From Sporopachydermia quercuum (taxonomy: Eukaryota), in the NCBI GenBank assembly GCA_001599295.1, contig BCGN01000001.1, positions 868,001 through 932,000 of the forward strand: a stretch of 64,000 nt of DNA, in the 5' to 3' direction. Under the pieces are notes generated by a model. It was not told where the DNA came from. It saw only the letters and a program-made list of their open reading frames with translations, and did no database searches. Positions within the stretch are counted from its first letter, which is position 1. Each line of letters starts with the position of its first letter. The translations under genes were made by a program, and so were the position numbers. Shown here one piece after another: positions 12,221 through 24,388 of the stretch.

Positions 12221-13789
12221 ATGGTGTCTATCAAACTGAAAACGACTAATAACAAGAAGGGTGATAACAGCAAAAATGGAGAACTTTTAAGAGGCCCCGG
12301 AAGAATCCGGCTAACTGTGAAAACGAGAACAGATGAAAATGAATCCAATAGCAAAGGAAAGAAAAATGACCAGGTACTAAATTCTGTGCCTCTGAAAAAT
12401 CTAAGCTTAAAACTCAATCCTGGAAAACGAATACCACGGATTAGAGTCAAACCAGCCCATCAACCTGGTCAAGGCTATGATTCAGAAGCCCCAGATAGAG
12501 AAGATGATCCTATGATAGAAGAAGGCATAATATTCAGAATGCTACCTAATGCTGATTTAGACTATATACGACAATGTGTTGAATCAGGCGAATTCAGGAA
12601 TTTCAGTATCAAATTTCTAGATAATCGGCATGCTGTTGTTAGAGTACATGATAATATTTATGCTGCTAAGCTAGTAGACTTGCCATCAATCATAGAAGCA
12701 GAGAAGTCCTTAGATAGGAAGAACATGTTTAAAGTGGCAGACATATGCCAAATGCTTTTAGTAACGAAACTGATAGATGAAGAAGAGGAAGCCTTAGTGG
12801 ATGATGAACCGAATAGAAAACTAAAAAAATCTCAGCAAGTAGATGAATTCCAATTTCCACATGGTGTAACTCCTCCTTTATACAATGTGCGGAGAAGACG
12901 ATTCAGAAAACGAGTATCCAATAAAGTAATTGAAGGCGTTGAATCAAAAGTTGATGAACTTTTACGATTAGATGCAGAAGCCGAAAATGTGGATTATGAT
13001 CTGATTGATCCAAGCGTTTTAGCTGCCGGTGGTTTCAATATGACAGCTAGTGGTGTTGGATCACCATTAGCATCTAGAAACAGCGGGCAAAATGAGAGCG
13101 GCCCCAGTACACCTTATGGGCTACTGGAGGATCAAAGTTTACTTACTGATGAAGAATCTAGAAGGTATGAGGATGAAGATGAGCTTGTTAATATGCTTGA
13201 TATGGAAATCGAGCAAGCTTTGGGAGAGGAAATGGAAGGACAAGATGAGCTGAACGAAGAGCAAAAAGCAGAAAAAGTGGCTCAGGTTCGTGCTGCATTG
13301 GTTGCTGCTGCTAATAATGAAGCTGGAAATACCAGTGAGCTTGTATCCGGTGATGAAAATGAAGGCGATGATGACGACGATGACGATGATGATGATGATG
13401 ACGACGATGATGATGACGATGACGATGATGATGAAGAGGATGAGGAGGACGAAGATGCATTACAAAACTCAGCCCACTCCAAGTTGTTGCGTGATGAAAT
13501 TAATGACTTAGAGAATACAATTCAAGCTAAAGAGCAAGATGCTGCAAAGGCTACGAATTCTATTTTACGGAATAGATTCTTGGGATTCATTAGTAAATTG
13601 CGTCAAGAGTTAGAATTGAAGAAGCGACAACTAAGAAATGCTGAGGGCTATGATAGTTCTAAGGATGATGAGAATACAAATCAGTCTCAACAAGCACAAG
13701 CTCAAGACGATGAAGAAGAAGAAGAGGAAGAGGAAGAAGAACCAGAAGAAGAAGATGACGGTGATGCTGGAGTAGATGATTTATTCTAA
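12221..13789 (+). CDS. TAF7: TFIID subunit Taf7
   Basis: TAFII55_N motifs PGQGYDSEAPDREDDPMIEEGIIFRM, YAAKLVDLPSIIEAEKSLDRKNMFKVADICQML and HGVTPPLYNVRRRRFRKR. Acidic tracts and a C-terminal coiled coil. Confidence 0.95.
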   Translation: MVSIKLKTTNNKKGDNSKNGELLRGPGRIRLTVKTRTDENESNSKGKKNDQVLNSVPLKNLSLKLNPGKRIPRIRVKPAHQPGQGYDSEAPDREDDPMIEEGIIFRMLPNADLDYIRQCVESGEFRNFSIKFLDNRHAVVRVHDNIYAAKLVDLPSIIEAEKSLDRKNMFKVADICQMLLVTKLIDEEEEALVDDEPNRKLKKSQQVDEFQFPHGVTPPLYNVRRRRFRKRVSNKVIEGVESKVDELLRLDAEAENVDYDLIDPSVLAAGGFNMTASGVGSPLASRNSGQNESGPSTPYGLLEDQSLLTDEESRRYEDEDELVNMLDMEIEQALGEEMEGQDELNEEQKAEKVAQVRAALVAAANNEAGNTSELVSGDENEGDDDDDDDDDDDDDDDDDDDDDDEEDEEDEDALQNSAHSKLLRDEINDLENTIQAKEQDAAKATNSILRNRFLGFISKLRQELELKKRQLRNAEGYDSSKDDENTNQSQQAQAQDDEEEEEEEEEEPEEEDDGDAGVDDLF

Positions 13790-14383
13790 TTTTTAACTTG
13801 AAATATCTTGGTTTCTGAAGAGGCTATTGCCATTTATTGATAGTCCTGATAGTCCACTACACTCTACCCATCTATCATCTCTCTCATAATAGTTCCTCCC
13901 CATGTGTACATTATTACTGTAATGATTTACCAGCATTGAATACTGCTGATTCTCTATACTATATCATATTACTAGGTATTATTAACTACAATTTCCTTAT
14001 ATTTCTTTACTCATTCTCTCTGTATCCATAAATCTTGAACTACGCTACCACATATCGTGCAGTCTCCTCCTACTATTCTTTCTCTCAGCCCACAACCCCC
14101 AATGGTTAAATGATTATATCATCATTAATGATTAGAAGGCTGTATTGTATTATCGATTGATCCATTTCTATGTATCTTTGTAGCTTATCAAATCATATCA
14201 ATCATTTATTCCTTCCTTTGCTACTCTATAATGAACAAGTGCGCTCCTTAAATTTTATTTTAATACGTTATATAGTTATTATTGCAAAGTATCAATTAAT
14301 CAACTATCGAACTTAGAAATTTGACAGTTTGCGCATTGAAGAGAGACAAGAAAATAATACCCTGTTTCTTAGCTAATCATATC

Positions 14384-14983
14384 ATGTCTCTCAACTGGAC
14401 AGTGCTTTCTGGAGAGAAACACACATCGTTTATTCCGCTGGCCAATGAATCAATAATTGATAAAAGCTGTTCTGAAAGAACTTCAATTTCGATAAAACCT
14501 GTGGACTCAAGCACAAGCAACGGAAAAGATAATGAGATCTGTAGTAACAATGGAGTACTTTATTTGACTAATCAAAGAGTCATTTATATATCAACAGATG
14601 ATTCTGCTTATATCAAACCAAGCAAAGAAAAATTCAGATCGGTATCTGTACCTTTACAACATATACAAAATTCACATATAACTCAACCGTGGTTTGGACC
14701 TAATGGCTGGTGGGCAGAACTTATACCCGTAAAGAAAGGAGGCTTTGACCCAGAAGCTTGCCTCTGGGAGATTACGATAACTTTTAAGGATGGAGGTGCG
14801 TATCAGTTTTTTGAGAAGTATCAAAGATTAAAAGAAAATTTGTCACTTGGTGTTAATCATGCTGATGATTTACCTGCTTATGATAATGGTGGTAATTATA
14901 GTCAGAGTAACAGTGGTGATACTGAACCGAGGACTGTTGCTGTGGCTTCAGACGAGTCCCCTCCTGCGTATACAGAGATTTGA
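14384..14983 (+). CDS. WBP2-like PH/GRAM-domain protein with PY motifs (UPF0664 type); start reassigned to ATG 14384
   Basis: MSLNW start; motifs GVLYLTNQRVIYI, QPWFGPNGW and ITFKDGGAYQF; C-terminal LPAY and PPAY WW-binding motifs. Confidence 0.8.
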   Translation: MSLNWTVLSGEKHTSFIPLANESIIDKSCSERTSISIKPVDSSTSNGKDNEICSNNGVLYLTNQRVIYISTDDSAYIKPSKEKFRSVSVPLQHIQNSHITQPWFGPNGWWAELIPVKKGGFDPEACLWEITITFKDGGAYQFFEKYQRLKENLSLGVNHADDLPAYDNGGNYSQSNSGDTEPRTVAVASDESPPAYTEI

Positions 14984-15114
14984 GATATTAGGTAAAGAAA
15001 CAAGGGATTAAACTTATATCATCATTACTACTACTACTACTACTACTACTACCTCACTATCCATGTATATTACTTCAAGTTTACTATCCCTTCAATTATC
15101 CATATATATATCAT

Positions 15115-17163
15115 CTATTTCTTACTATTGTTGTCAGCATTTTGCTCCAAACTACTATCTAAGAAAACAGGCTTCAAAATTTGCTCGTCCAAATCGTGAA
15201 ACCATTTTCCTGACCCTTCTGAAGTTCCAAAGCTCAAATTAACTGAAGTTCCCACTTTAGAAAGTAAACCCGAAACCGATTGCCGTGTACTATTCTCTGC
15301 TGTGTCTGTTCCCTTATTGTTGATAGGACTTGGTGATGCCGCCGATGCTGCGTTTTTGGCCATTGGTGGTAAATCTGACAAATCTGACTCACCATCAGTA
15401 TCGGACAAACTGGGCGATCCAACCCCCGAAGATGATCTGGAACGGAAATTAAAATTATCCCTATATAACTGGCTACTTGAAGCACTCCCAGTTCTTGTAA
15501 GTGTTTCACCCGGTAAATCACCACTTGATTCTGGTCGGGAATTGAAATTCAAGCCTGTTAATCCAATACTTGAGGAGGCTTTTCCCTTCTTATTGAAAGA
15601 AGACACATCCGTATAAGGACCACTAGAAGGTGCCTCGATATCAAATTCATCATCAGAGTCCACATCTTCGATACATCCTGTTTTAATATTCATTATTTCC
15701 AACATTCCTGCTGTTGTTCCTCCAAATATAATAACTGTTAATACTACAACTACCAGTACTGTAGCAAGAAGTGTTGAAGCGTTTTCTCCTTCAATTCCCA
15801 TAGCCAATGCAACACCTACAGCACCTCTTAAGCCTGCCCAGAAAAGCATCATTTGATAATTATGAGGAATCTCATCAGGAATAGGCGTTGGTGCAGAAGC
15901 TGATCCATTGTCTTCATCCTGTTCCATGGGATTATATGATGTACTATTGAAGATAGGTCTGGATGCCATTCCTTTGACTCTTGATCTATGAATAGCGTTA
16001 ATAAGTCTTGAAAGAGGGAAAACAGCACACCATCTTGAGATACAAATAGCAATAGTAGTGACAATAATAAACAAAGGTTTATAAACCAATTCCACCTCTG
16101 TAAATAATGATAAACCAAGATAGATGAATATGAAATTCTCTGATAATTGAGCTAGCAATTGGAAAATATACTTGGTAGCTATCTGAGTTCTCCTGGACAT
16201 ATTGTAGTAAGCATAATGTTTCAAGGTAATACCACAGAATAATAAGGAGACAATTCCAGACATATGACAACCGTTAGAAAAAAAATATGATTCGTAGGCA
16301 AATAACAATACTAAGCATGTTTCTATCCGTGGGTATCTTCTTAAATGTGAATGTTTCAGAATGAGAGCAATTAGAATACCTATGATTACTCCAATCAGTA
16401 AGGATATAGTGAAAGTCATCATGAATAGGCCAGCTGCTTGAAAGAAGTTAGAAAATTCAGCTTTAGAACCATGAAACTTCTGGGCTGTTTCAAACATAAC
16501 AATAGAAATAGCATCATTTAGTAGCGATTCACCGAATATAATAGTGTACAACTTTGGATCTACTTTATAGGCATTGAAAATAGATAGAATTGTCACTGGG
16601 TCCGTTGCTGATAGTGTAGCACCGACTGCAAAACAATCAACAAACGGTAGTTGTAATGATTCAATACCCAGTGCGGCCCAGCAGTAGAGAACCATTCCCA
16701 TTACTAACGCTGAGATAAATGTACCTGCAATAGCAAAGGTGAGGATAGATCCAATATTTCTGAAAAAATTCGCCTGATGCAGCTCGTATCCAGAGTTAAG
16801 AATAATTGGTGGCAATAGAATATTGAAAAAGTAACTAGAGTTGAATGTTACTGAGTCTTGGATATAGTGACCAGGTAGAATTCTGATGATGAGTCCAACA
16901 ATCATTCCATAGAAAATGGATAATACTGTCTCATGAACAGCTTGAATTCTTCTTTGTTGTAGAAAATAAGAAGACCATAAAGCACTCATGAGAAGAACTA
17001 TTAAAATAAATAATGCCCACGATGAGAAGATTTCTTCCTGTATAGGATCCGAGGTTTCATCGTCCCCTGGGAGTTCTTTTACTGGATCATCGTCAAAATT
17101 GGGATCACCTTCCTGTCGTTTTGTTAGGATTGCTTTCAGAATGGGGAACAATAGTTGAGACAT
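15115..17163 (-). CDS. NHX1: Endosomal Na+(K+)/H+ exchanger
   Basis: Motifs FFNILLPPIILNSGYEL, GATLSATDPVTILSIF, IFGESLLNDAISIV and WAGLRGAVGVALA; multiple TM segments. Confidence 0.97.
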   Translation of the reverse strand: MSQLLFPILKAILTKRQEGDPNFDDDPVKELPGDDETSDPIQEEIFSSWALFILIVLLMSALWSSYFLQQRRIQAVHETVLSIFYGMIVGLIIRILPGHYIQDSVTFNSSYFFNILLPPIILNSGYELHQANFFRNIGSILTFAIAGTFISALVMGMVLYCWAALGIESLQLPFVDCFAVGATLSATDPVTILSIFNAYKVDPKLYTIIFGESLLNDAISIVMFETAQKFHGSKAEFSNFFQAAGLFMMTFTISLLIGVIIGILIALILKHSHLRRYPRIETCLVLLFAYESYFFSNGCHMSGIVSLLFCGITLKHYAYYNMSRRTQIATKYIFQLLAQLSENFIFIYLGLSLFTEVELVYKPLFIIVTTIAICISRWCAVFPLSRLINAIHRSRVKGMASRPIFNSTSYNPMEQDEDNGSASAPTPIPDEIPHNYQMMLFWAGLRGAVGVALAMGIEGENASTLLATVLVVVVLTVIIFGGTTAGMLEIMNIKTGCIEDVDSDDEFDIEAPSSGPYTDVSSFNKKGKASSSIGLTGLNFNSRPESSGDLPGETLTRTGSASSSQLYRDNFNFRSRSSSGVGSPSLSDTDGESDLSDLPPMAKNAASAASPSPINNKGTDTAENSTRQSVSGLLSKVGTSVNLSFGTSEGSGKWFHDLDEQILKPVFLDSSLEQNADNNSKK

Positions 17164-18271
17164 AATAGAAGGTTGATTAGATGATGCGAGGGTGGATTTT
17201 GCTTCGAATGGATAGCTATGTGAGAAGAAAGTTTAACGGTCTGCTGCTGTGGTGTTCGACGACAGAGAGTCAATCACTGCTGGTAGATGAGATATGGGTA
17301 TGGTGAATGAATAAGGAATATTCGGGTCCGACTTGATTTGTTACAAATTAATCAAGCTGCTCAACTGTTTCGACTAAATTATTATATATTTGTAGTTCCC
17401 AGCGGTACTTGACTGCCGTTGCTTAGTTCCCAGCAATAGCTGTTGTCGGTTGGATGATTGTCCCAGGGCCACAGATGTCGTATGGTTATACTAATAACTA
17501 ACAAATAACTCTCGAAGAAGTTGGTTGATTATAACATATGTTACGAACTGACAATTTCCTATGGGCTCAATTGATCTTAATAACTAAGACAACAATATCA
17601 ATGACGGTTTTAGCCGTTAATTTGTGTACGTAGCTCAAATCAAGTTGTATAGTTGTAGATTACTACTTGATCAGTTCGTCAATTGAAAAAATCTGCAAAA
17701 TCAATCAGTGATTTACTGGAAAACCTGATTTCAAAATGCCTGATCCGTAGTTTTCTGATACCGCTTCTCTGCTAGTTCTATAACTTCTAATGCAATAATG
17801 AATAAATAGATGTACATGATTGATGTTTATGAACAAGGAGATAAGTAACAATGAATGGTTGTGGGCAGGTACTTATTATTGTGTATATGGGTGAAATTGT
17901 GGCTTTCGTTTCTATAAGTTTTGTACAAATTTGGATAAGCTACTCAGAGATGAATTTATGATTATGTGATATTATAATGATGGTTGGGTGGAAGCAGCTT
18001 ATGTTGAATTTAAAACGAGAGACGAAAAACCGGAAGGTAAGAATAAGTAAATTACTTTGTTAAGAGTTTTGTGCTTGGTTTTAGCAAAAAAAAGGGGTTA
18101 AATGAAGCGTTTGATATTGCTAGAAGGAACGTGTGGGACAGCCGAAATGGCGTAGAGCACAAATAAGGTTACGGTGATTGAAATCTTATCTTGTTATTGC
18201 ATGGGTCCTGCATCAGCCTAAGTTATTCACCTCTGATTCCTGTCGTAATATTTTTGATTCAATCGACAAAA

Positions 18272-18427
18272 ATGGAAACTATAACTCTCATATTAGCGAT
18301 TACTATATTTTTTACTGTTGTAACACTAGTAAGCAGTTTATGGTTCTATAGAGTCACGTACTTGCTGTTTAAGCTCATCTTTGGCCGAATTCTCAATCTT
18401 AAGAAAAGAAAGAAAGAGGCAATCTAA
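18272..18427 (+). CDS. Candidate 51-aa single-pass membrane microprotein
   Basis: Strong start context CAAAAATGG, hydrophobic N-terminus (METITLILAITIFFTVVTLVSSLWF) and basic tail KKRKKEAI. No recognised homolog. Confidence 0.3.
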   Translation: METITLILAITIFFTVVTLVSSLWFYRVTYLLFKLIFGRILNLKKRKKEAI

Positions 18428-19242
18428 TTGCAAAGTCTACATGCTCGGTGTTCCTTTATGGCATATACAACTTGAAACACTCTCAACATCTACATCGATT
18501 CTTTCTTTATTGTATAAATTTGAAGGACTCAAATATTATATTAAATATAAGAGATTATCCTCTTCGCGATAAATATCCTGTCAAGTTACTGTAATTCTGT
18601 ATTTTGAGTTATGAGCATCGTTCATGCAAGACTCATGCATACTGCTGCGCAAAATCAAGAACTATAATTTCCCTTCAGAAACTGGAAAGCAGATTTATAC
18701 ATATTTGTACACAATTGTCATACTATTATATTATGCATATTTATGCATATTCACACTCGCGCTTTCCTAATTCTAAAATTTTCGGTTAACGTGAAATTTC
18801 GTACAATCAAAACGCACGTATTAGAAAAAAAGACTATAAACATGAATATAAACAAATCATATAAAAGCGATGTAAAGCAAAGTTGATTGTTTCATACTCG
18901 ACACTTCATAAACATTTCATTCGAGGAAATTTGAGTATAAAGCAGCGATCTATGTTTATTTTCTCTAGAGTTAACGTGTCTTCGCCATTTCTCTAACCGC
19001 CTTAGTTCTTATTCAGTTATATATCCACTGATAATCTTCTGGCTATCGAATAGTAAGTGTTTTTATTGTTAGGTCGACAATCTCATTTATTGATCTGCTT
19101 ACTCATAATATAAATTGAGGGAGCTTTCAATGGTGAAAACAGCGACACAGCCCTTTCTCCAGTGTTCCATCCAGTAAGCTATTCTAACCATTCATATATA
19201 GAGCATAATTTTATTTCTTACGAGTTCACCAGCATCATAAAA

Positions 19243-19815
19243 ATGGGTAGACCTATTGTTGTTTCTGGCCCATCGGGAGCTGGAAAATCTACCTTGTTAA
19301 AAAAGCTGTTTGCAGAATTCCCTGATAAATTTGGTTTCTCCGTTTCTCACACCACCAGAACTCCTAGACCTGGTGAAGTTGACGGTAAAGACTATCATTT
19401 CGTTACCAAAGAAAAATTCCAATCCTTGATTCCTAAAAACTTCTTTATTGAATATGCTCTTTTCTCTGGTAATTTTTACGGTACCTCTTATGATGCTGTT
19501 AACTATGTCAATGATGTTTTGCATAAGACTTGTATTCTCGACATTGATATGCAAGGAGTGAAAATCATCAAGCAAAATGGAATTATCAGCCCCAGGTTTC
19601 TATTTTTGGCTCCCCCAAGTTTAGATGAACTGAAAGAACGTTTAGTGAAAAGAGGAACTGAGACTCAGGAGAGTTTGGCAAAGAGACTTGACCAAGCTAG
19701 GTTAGAATTAGAATATGCTGAGAGTGGTGGACATGAGAAGATAATTGTTAATGACGATGTTGACAAAGCTTATAGTGAACTGAAAGAGTTTATATTTGAA
19801 GACCCAAATGTGTGA
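19243..19815 (+). CDS. GUK1: Guanylate kinase; start at ATG 19243 ([17 protein letters not shown])
   Basis: P-loop [37 protein letters not shown] and LDIDMQGV. Confidence 0.97.
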   Translation: MGRPIVVSGPSGAGKSTLLKKLFAEFPDKFGFSVSHTTRTPRPGEVDGKDYHFVTKEKFQSLIPKNFFIEYALFSGNFYGTSYDAVNYVNDVLHKTCILDIDMQGVKIIKQNGIISPRFLFLAPPSLDELKERLVKRGTETQESLAKRLDQARLELEYAESGGHEKIIVNDDVDKAYSELKEFIFEDPNV

Positions 19816-20182
19816 ATTCATGGGATTAAAAAATTGGACTACAAGAGTTATGTGTTGTGTTATTTTTTCGTGCTTATTGTTGAATTGATCAAATAGAAGT
19901 AGATGAATAGACTATGTTTGTTACTACACAAACAGCCACTGTATGACGGCCATTAAGCTTCTTTTTTTATTACAATTGAATTACCGAAATCCTTCCTTTA
20001 TAATGCGATCAATGAATTCTATCTTTTTGTTATCATAGTATATATTCTCCTCTACTTTTATATTATCTTTGGTATTATTTCACCATTTTTCTATCTAAAC
20101 ACCTACATCCAAGCCAAGTATTCGTCACTATTTCATTGATCTTAAAGGATAGAGCATGGTCAGTCCTATCATATTACAAGTT

Positions 20183-23100
20183 CTATAAACTCATTAATCC
20201 TAAGGCATCAAATTGCATTTTACCGTGGTGGCGATCAGAATTATCTTCACTAACCTTGCGACGAATAATCTTATGCATTTTAATAAGGAAATCAATATAG
20301 CTTGACTCATCTCCATGGCGATCTTCCACCAAAAAAAACTGTTGGAATTCAATTTCAGCTCCATCGATTCCTGACCGACAAAGCTGAATAGGCAAAAAGT
20401 CCAATCCGCTCATTTCGGCGAAGTATTTAACAAGATTCCTAGATTGCCTGTTGATAGGAGAACCGGGCTCAAGAACGGGAAGTTCATTAGTGCATGCATC
20501 TAATGAGCCCAAGGTAGTTCCTGAACCAAATAAATCCTCAATCAATAAATGTGAGACATCCTTATGAATAAACAGTAGTAGAGTCTGACCATTGAAAGCC
20601 AAATAGGCACCACCAAGTTCAATTCTCATTGACGAAGCTCTTATTGCTTCAGGAACAATTAATTTCTGCGATGTAGGTTCAACTACTGCCTCTGACTCGC
20701 CCATCCTATGCAAGGGAATAATTATAGGGTATAAGAACAAACTCAACTTATCAGCACTCATAGAATTAAGTAATCTCATAGTATACACTTTAGTGTCCAA
20801 GTTGATATTACTACCAGCCCTTAAAAGCTTTGATTTCAATAAGGAAGTGAGTAATGCAACAGATCCATTAATACATTCCGGTAGTAACAGTTGATTCAAT
20901 AATGAGTTCTTATCAGTGACTAATTCTCTGTAGTTAGCTAGTAAATCTGCAAATTTGCTGATCACATCATTCTTGATTTCCATGCCAGTTTTCAGTGATA
21001 GATTAGCGATGATCTGTCGCGTGAATAACGAAATCAATGAGATCTCGTCAATATAGTTGTAAACTGATCGTTCCTTATTAGTAACAGAAGAGACAATATT
21101 ATGCACACGCACTTTCCGGGTACCATCTCTGGCAGTATATAAAATGGCTGCTTGGAAATGGCAGTCCATATTTTTATCTAGGACACCATCATGAGTGAAA
21201 GAAACAACCACAGATTGATCAGAATCAACGATTGGGAAACTAGGATCATCGTGGCGTTCTTTTCTGAACATATTGCCATAGTAATTATCAACCTGAAGTC
21301 CATTGGAGCATCTGATCTTCATTTGGCCCTGATAGCCCATTTCCTTGAGAACAGAATGGGTGAAATCAGCAATGAACTTGCGCCCATCCCTTTCAAATAC
21401 AAAATTGGAATAATGGTAGTTGCGTCCACCCGTAATATTAGCAATCAAGCCTACAGTGACTAAATCAATATATGAGCTTGAAAGGGTAAATACATCTAAA
21501 CCGATATCACTTCTAGCATATCTTTCTCCAAGCTTGATGTAATCATCGTTGCTGCAGATGTACCATGATTTATCAAATTCACCTAAATTGTTGCTGCTTG
21601 GACCTCCTTTAGTCGAATGTGATAATGCTGATGATGGTGAATCTGCTTTATATCCAAGAGCACCAGGACCCCATGTTGGCAAGGCCCCCAGAATGCATGT
21701 CACTTTGCCTCCTCCCACAGAGTCCAGCGCAAGGTGGGCAAAATCTAAAACTCCATAGTAAGCAGGCTCTGCAACGTTATATTCACTAGCCATTTGGTCA
21801 ATGCGATCCAATACGCTTTCAATGATAAGTCTGGATTCAATAGGATCTGCAAATAGACCTTTCTTGAAAGGTAGAAAAGGGTTCTTCAAGTCTGAGACGA
21901 TAGAGCATTGAACCTGTTGGAGCTCGGAGCTCAAGTTGAACACGTAAAGCTTTCTATCATAAGCTATAATCGAGATTCTGCTGCCTTGTGCTAGTTTACA
22001 GGTGTTGGTGTTACCTTCAGACTCTTGTTCACCATAACTAGAAGGATCATAGTGATCTTCTGAATATAAAGAGTTTCTGATAGCCATAGTAGCCAAAGAT
22101 GGGATGCCCTTTTTTACTGCTTCTGTGGAAATGTCAATTAGGAACAAATGATGAAGAGCATTGGCCTTTACATTCTCTTTTGCCCAGTACATTTCTGGTA
22201 CAATGAAATCAACAGAACCATAGAGTAGTTCGGGTCGTTCAAGAATATCCACCCGTCTTCCTGAGGCATCTAAAGGAGCAAAGTAGTCTTCGGGGGTGGG
22301 ACTAGGAAACTGGCAGAGATTACATACGATCTTGCTACCTCCACTTGCTAATTGCATGAAAGGATTAATATAACCTCTGCATCTTCGGCAACGCGGAGGT
22401 CCCTGAGGTCGATATGAAAAGTCAACTGTCGCCACAGGAGTATCCTGAAAAGCGATTTTGGCAAACGGAGTTAGAACTAATCCAAGAGGCACTTTTGATT
22501 TAGCTTGGATATCTTGATTGAAAGGAATGTTTGATTCAATCAAACGTAAGAATCTAGGAGAAGAATTGCCTTGGTCCACAACGTAATAATCAGACCCAGG
22601 ATAAGGAGGTTGGGACTGTTCAAACGTTTTATAAGAAGTGCTCCAGTACTCAGACAACGCTGCTCTTCTCATATCAGGAACAGAAGGTACAGCATCGATA
22701 TCGATAGATCCACTACTTCCAGCGTCGGGAATAAAAGTCTGGGTGTCTCTGGATGTGTCAGCTTCGTCTATTTCTTGTCTTCCTGGAGCATTTCCTGATA
22801 CTGAAGCATCCAGAGCAGAGGAAGTTCTTGAAGGAATCAATGGGTTAATGGGATGGCTAGATCCTAGTGTTGAACTCATTGATTTAGTAGACTGCTCGCT
22901 GCTTAAATCATAATATGCTCGGGCACCTCTTTTACCTTTCACTGTCCGAACAGAGCCCATGGAGTATGAGGATTTAGGAACGCCTGAGTTTGGTGTAGGT
23001 GAAGTAGATGGTCTCGAAGGTGTCCCAGATCTGGGCATTCCAGGGGGAGTAACTGAAGTTGGGGTACTGCCAGGGGTACCATTATCGAGTCTTAATCCGA

Positions 23101-23230
23101 TCATTTGATTGATTAAGGCATCAGGAGGTCCTTGATAAGACCCTGATAATCCCGTGGCTTCATATTGATAGTTGTTAGGTTGCGGAATATAAGGATTTGG
23201 TTGTTCTTGGTTAGAACGGTACTGTGACAT
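20183..23230 (-). CDS. SFB3: COPII coat Sec24-family protein (Sfb3/Lst1, Sec24C/D-like); first in-frame ATG at 23230
   Basis: DQGNSSPRFLR, zinc finger GPPRCRRCRGYINPF...CNLC, RPELLYGSVDF, vWA trunk, IRCSNGLQV and a gelsolin-like region. The ORF-track start at 23314 is a TTG. Confidence 0.85.
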   Translation of the reverse strand: MSQYRSNQEQPNPYIPQPNNYQYEATGLSGSYQGPPDALINQMIGLRLDNGTPGSTPTSVTPPGMPRSGTPSRPSTSPTPNSGVPKSSYSMGSVRTVKGKRGARAYYDLSSEQSTKSMSSTLGSSHPINPLIPSRTSSALDASVSGNAPGRQEIDEADTSRDTQTFIPDAGSSGSIDIDAVPSVPDMRRAALSEYWSTSYKTFEQSQPPYPGSDYYVVDQGNSSPRFLRLIESNIPFNQDIQAKSKVPLGLVLTPFAKIAFQDTPVATVDFSYRPQGPPRCRRCRGYINPFMQLASGGSKIVCNLCQFPSPTPEDYFAPLDASGRRVDILERPELLYGSVDFIVPEMYWAKENVKANALHHLFLIDISTEAVKKGIPSLATMAIRNSLYSEDHYDPSSYGEQESEGNTNTCKLAQGSRISIIAYDRKLYVFNLSSELQQVQCSIVSDLKNPFLPFKKGLFADPIESRLIIESVLDRIDQMASEYNVAEPAYYGVLDFAHLALDSVGGGKVTCILGALPTWGPGALGYKADSPSSALSHSTKGGPSSNNLGEFDKSWYICSNDDYIKLGERYARSDIGLDVFTLSSSYIDLVTVGLIANITGGRNYHYSNFVFERDGRKFIADFTHSVLKEMGYQGQMKIRCSNGLQVDNYYGNMFRKERHDDPSFPIVDSDQSVVVSFTHDGVLDKNMDCHFQAAILYTARDGTRKVRVHNIVSSVTNKERSVYNYIDEISLISLFTRQIIANLSLKTGMEIKNDVISKFADLLANYRELVTDKNSLLNQLLLPECINGSVALLTSLLKSKLLRAGSNINLDTKVYTMRLLNSMSADKLSLFLYPIIIPLHRMGESEAVVEPTSQKLIVPEAIRASSMRIELGGAYLAFNGQTLLLFIHKDVSHLLIEDLFGSGTTLGSLDACTNELPVLEPGSPINRQSRNLVKYFAEMSGLDFLPIQLCRSGIDGAEIEFQQFFLVEDRHGDESSYIDFLIKMHKIIRRKVSEDNSDRHHGKMQFDALGLMSL

Positions 23231-24388
23231 GCTTAGCACTGTGTGTGTCGGACTATTGCAGCTTGCAGGTCTTACCCTCTGGTTGATTTTCTCTAAATTT
23301 GGAAATTGATCCAACTATTATATGCAACCAAAAGATATCAGCAATCAAGAGATAGATTGTTCTACAACTTCAACTATCAGTCAATCAATCACTTGTCTAT
23401 TAATTATCCCTTTTAACTCAATTTACTCAATCACTTGTGCACTTTAAACAATGACCAACTAACTATACGCAATCAAACGACCTCAACTACCATATCTTTA
23501 TCTTTATCATAATAATAAGCAATCAATTGGCTTCTAAGAAACATCTAATCAATACCTCTCATAGATATGTATTAATTTATCTATTGTCATAATATACATT
23601 GTAAATAGAATAAGCGAAGAAAGACCTCATAATTGGGTTTCTGTTTTCCACAAACACTGAGGAAAATAATGCTTGAATTTCCTGGTGTTTTGTTTCAATG
23701 GTCCGGTGGACAGATAATGATAACATAGTCACGTGATAATTATTGTTTAGTGGAATAATTGCCTGAAAGAAGAGGGAAGAAGTGCTTGATTAAGAGCTTT
23801 TTATTCTGAGTTGAATTGTCATTTGACCGGACACTACTAGACAATATATATTTACAGAAAGCAAGAAGCATTTCAGTTTCAGCTCATGTTATATTATTCT
23901 TCAATTGTACCCTGCTCTTCAACTCTTTTTCAATATATCATTAATCTTCATAGTAAACGGAGTAGCACATATTGTTCAGATAATCTCCGGTTTCTATTAA
24001 GTTCATCACATATCCCCCACGTATATCATTTCCGTTATTTCTCCTCTCTTCCACTTTTATTCTGTGTAAGGGGATCATCTATTTCTTATCGCTTACTATC
24101 AACAAGCAATTAACTATCTATTAACAACTATATAATTCAGACTGCATGTTCTATTTTTTGCTTTTCTATCAATTGAAAGTGATACGGGTTAATCGGCATC
24201 AAGAAACATTGAAATTGCAGCATTTGTTAATCCTCATTTAAAACGCGAACCCGAACACCATATCGCATCATCACATTACAGGAATCATAACAGTTCACCA
24301 GAATAACAATCTGCTTTATTTTATCCATTATTGACTATCAACCTTATGATAAATTCAGCACCATTAATCCTTGAAACCTCTAGTTGAA

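Noticed and set aside
19243..19815. Alternative CUG (Ser/Ala) genetic code
   Set aside because: CTG occupies conserved Leu positions in Guk1 (KKLF, DELKER), consistent with the standard code.
23728..23736. GTCACGTGA (and GTCACATGA near 58106) as a point-centromere CDEI
   Set aside because: No >90% AT CDEII or CDEIII at the right spacing. These are more likely ordinary bHLH promoter sites.
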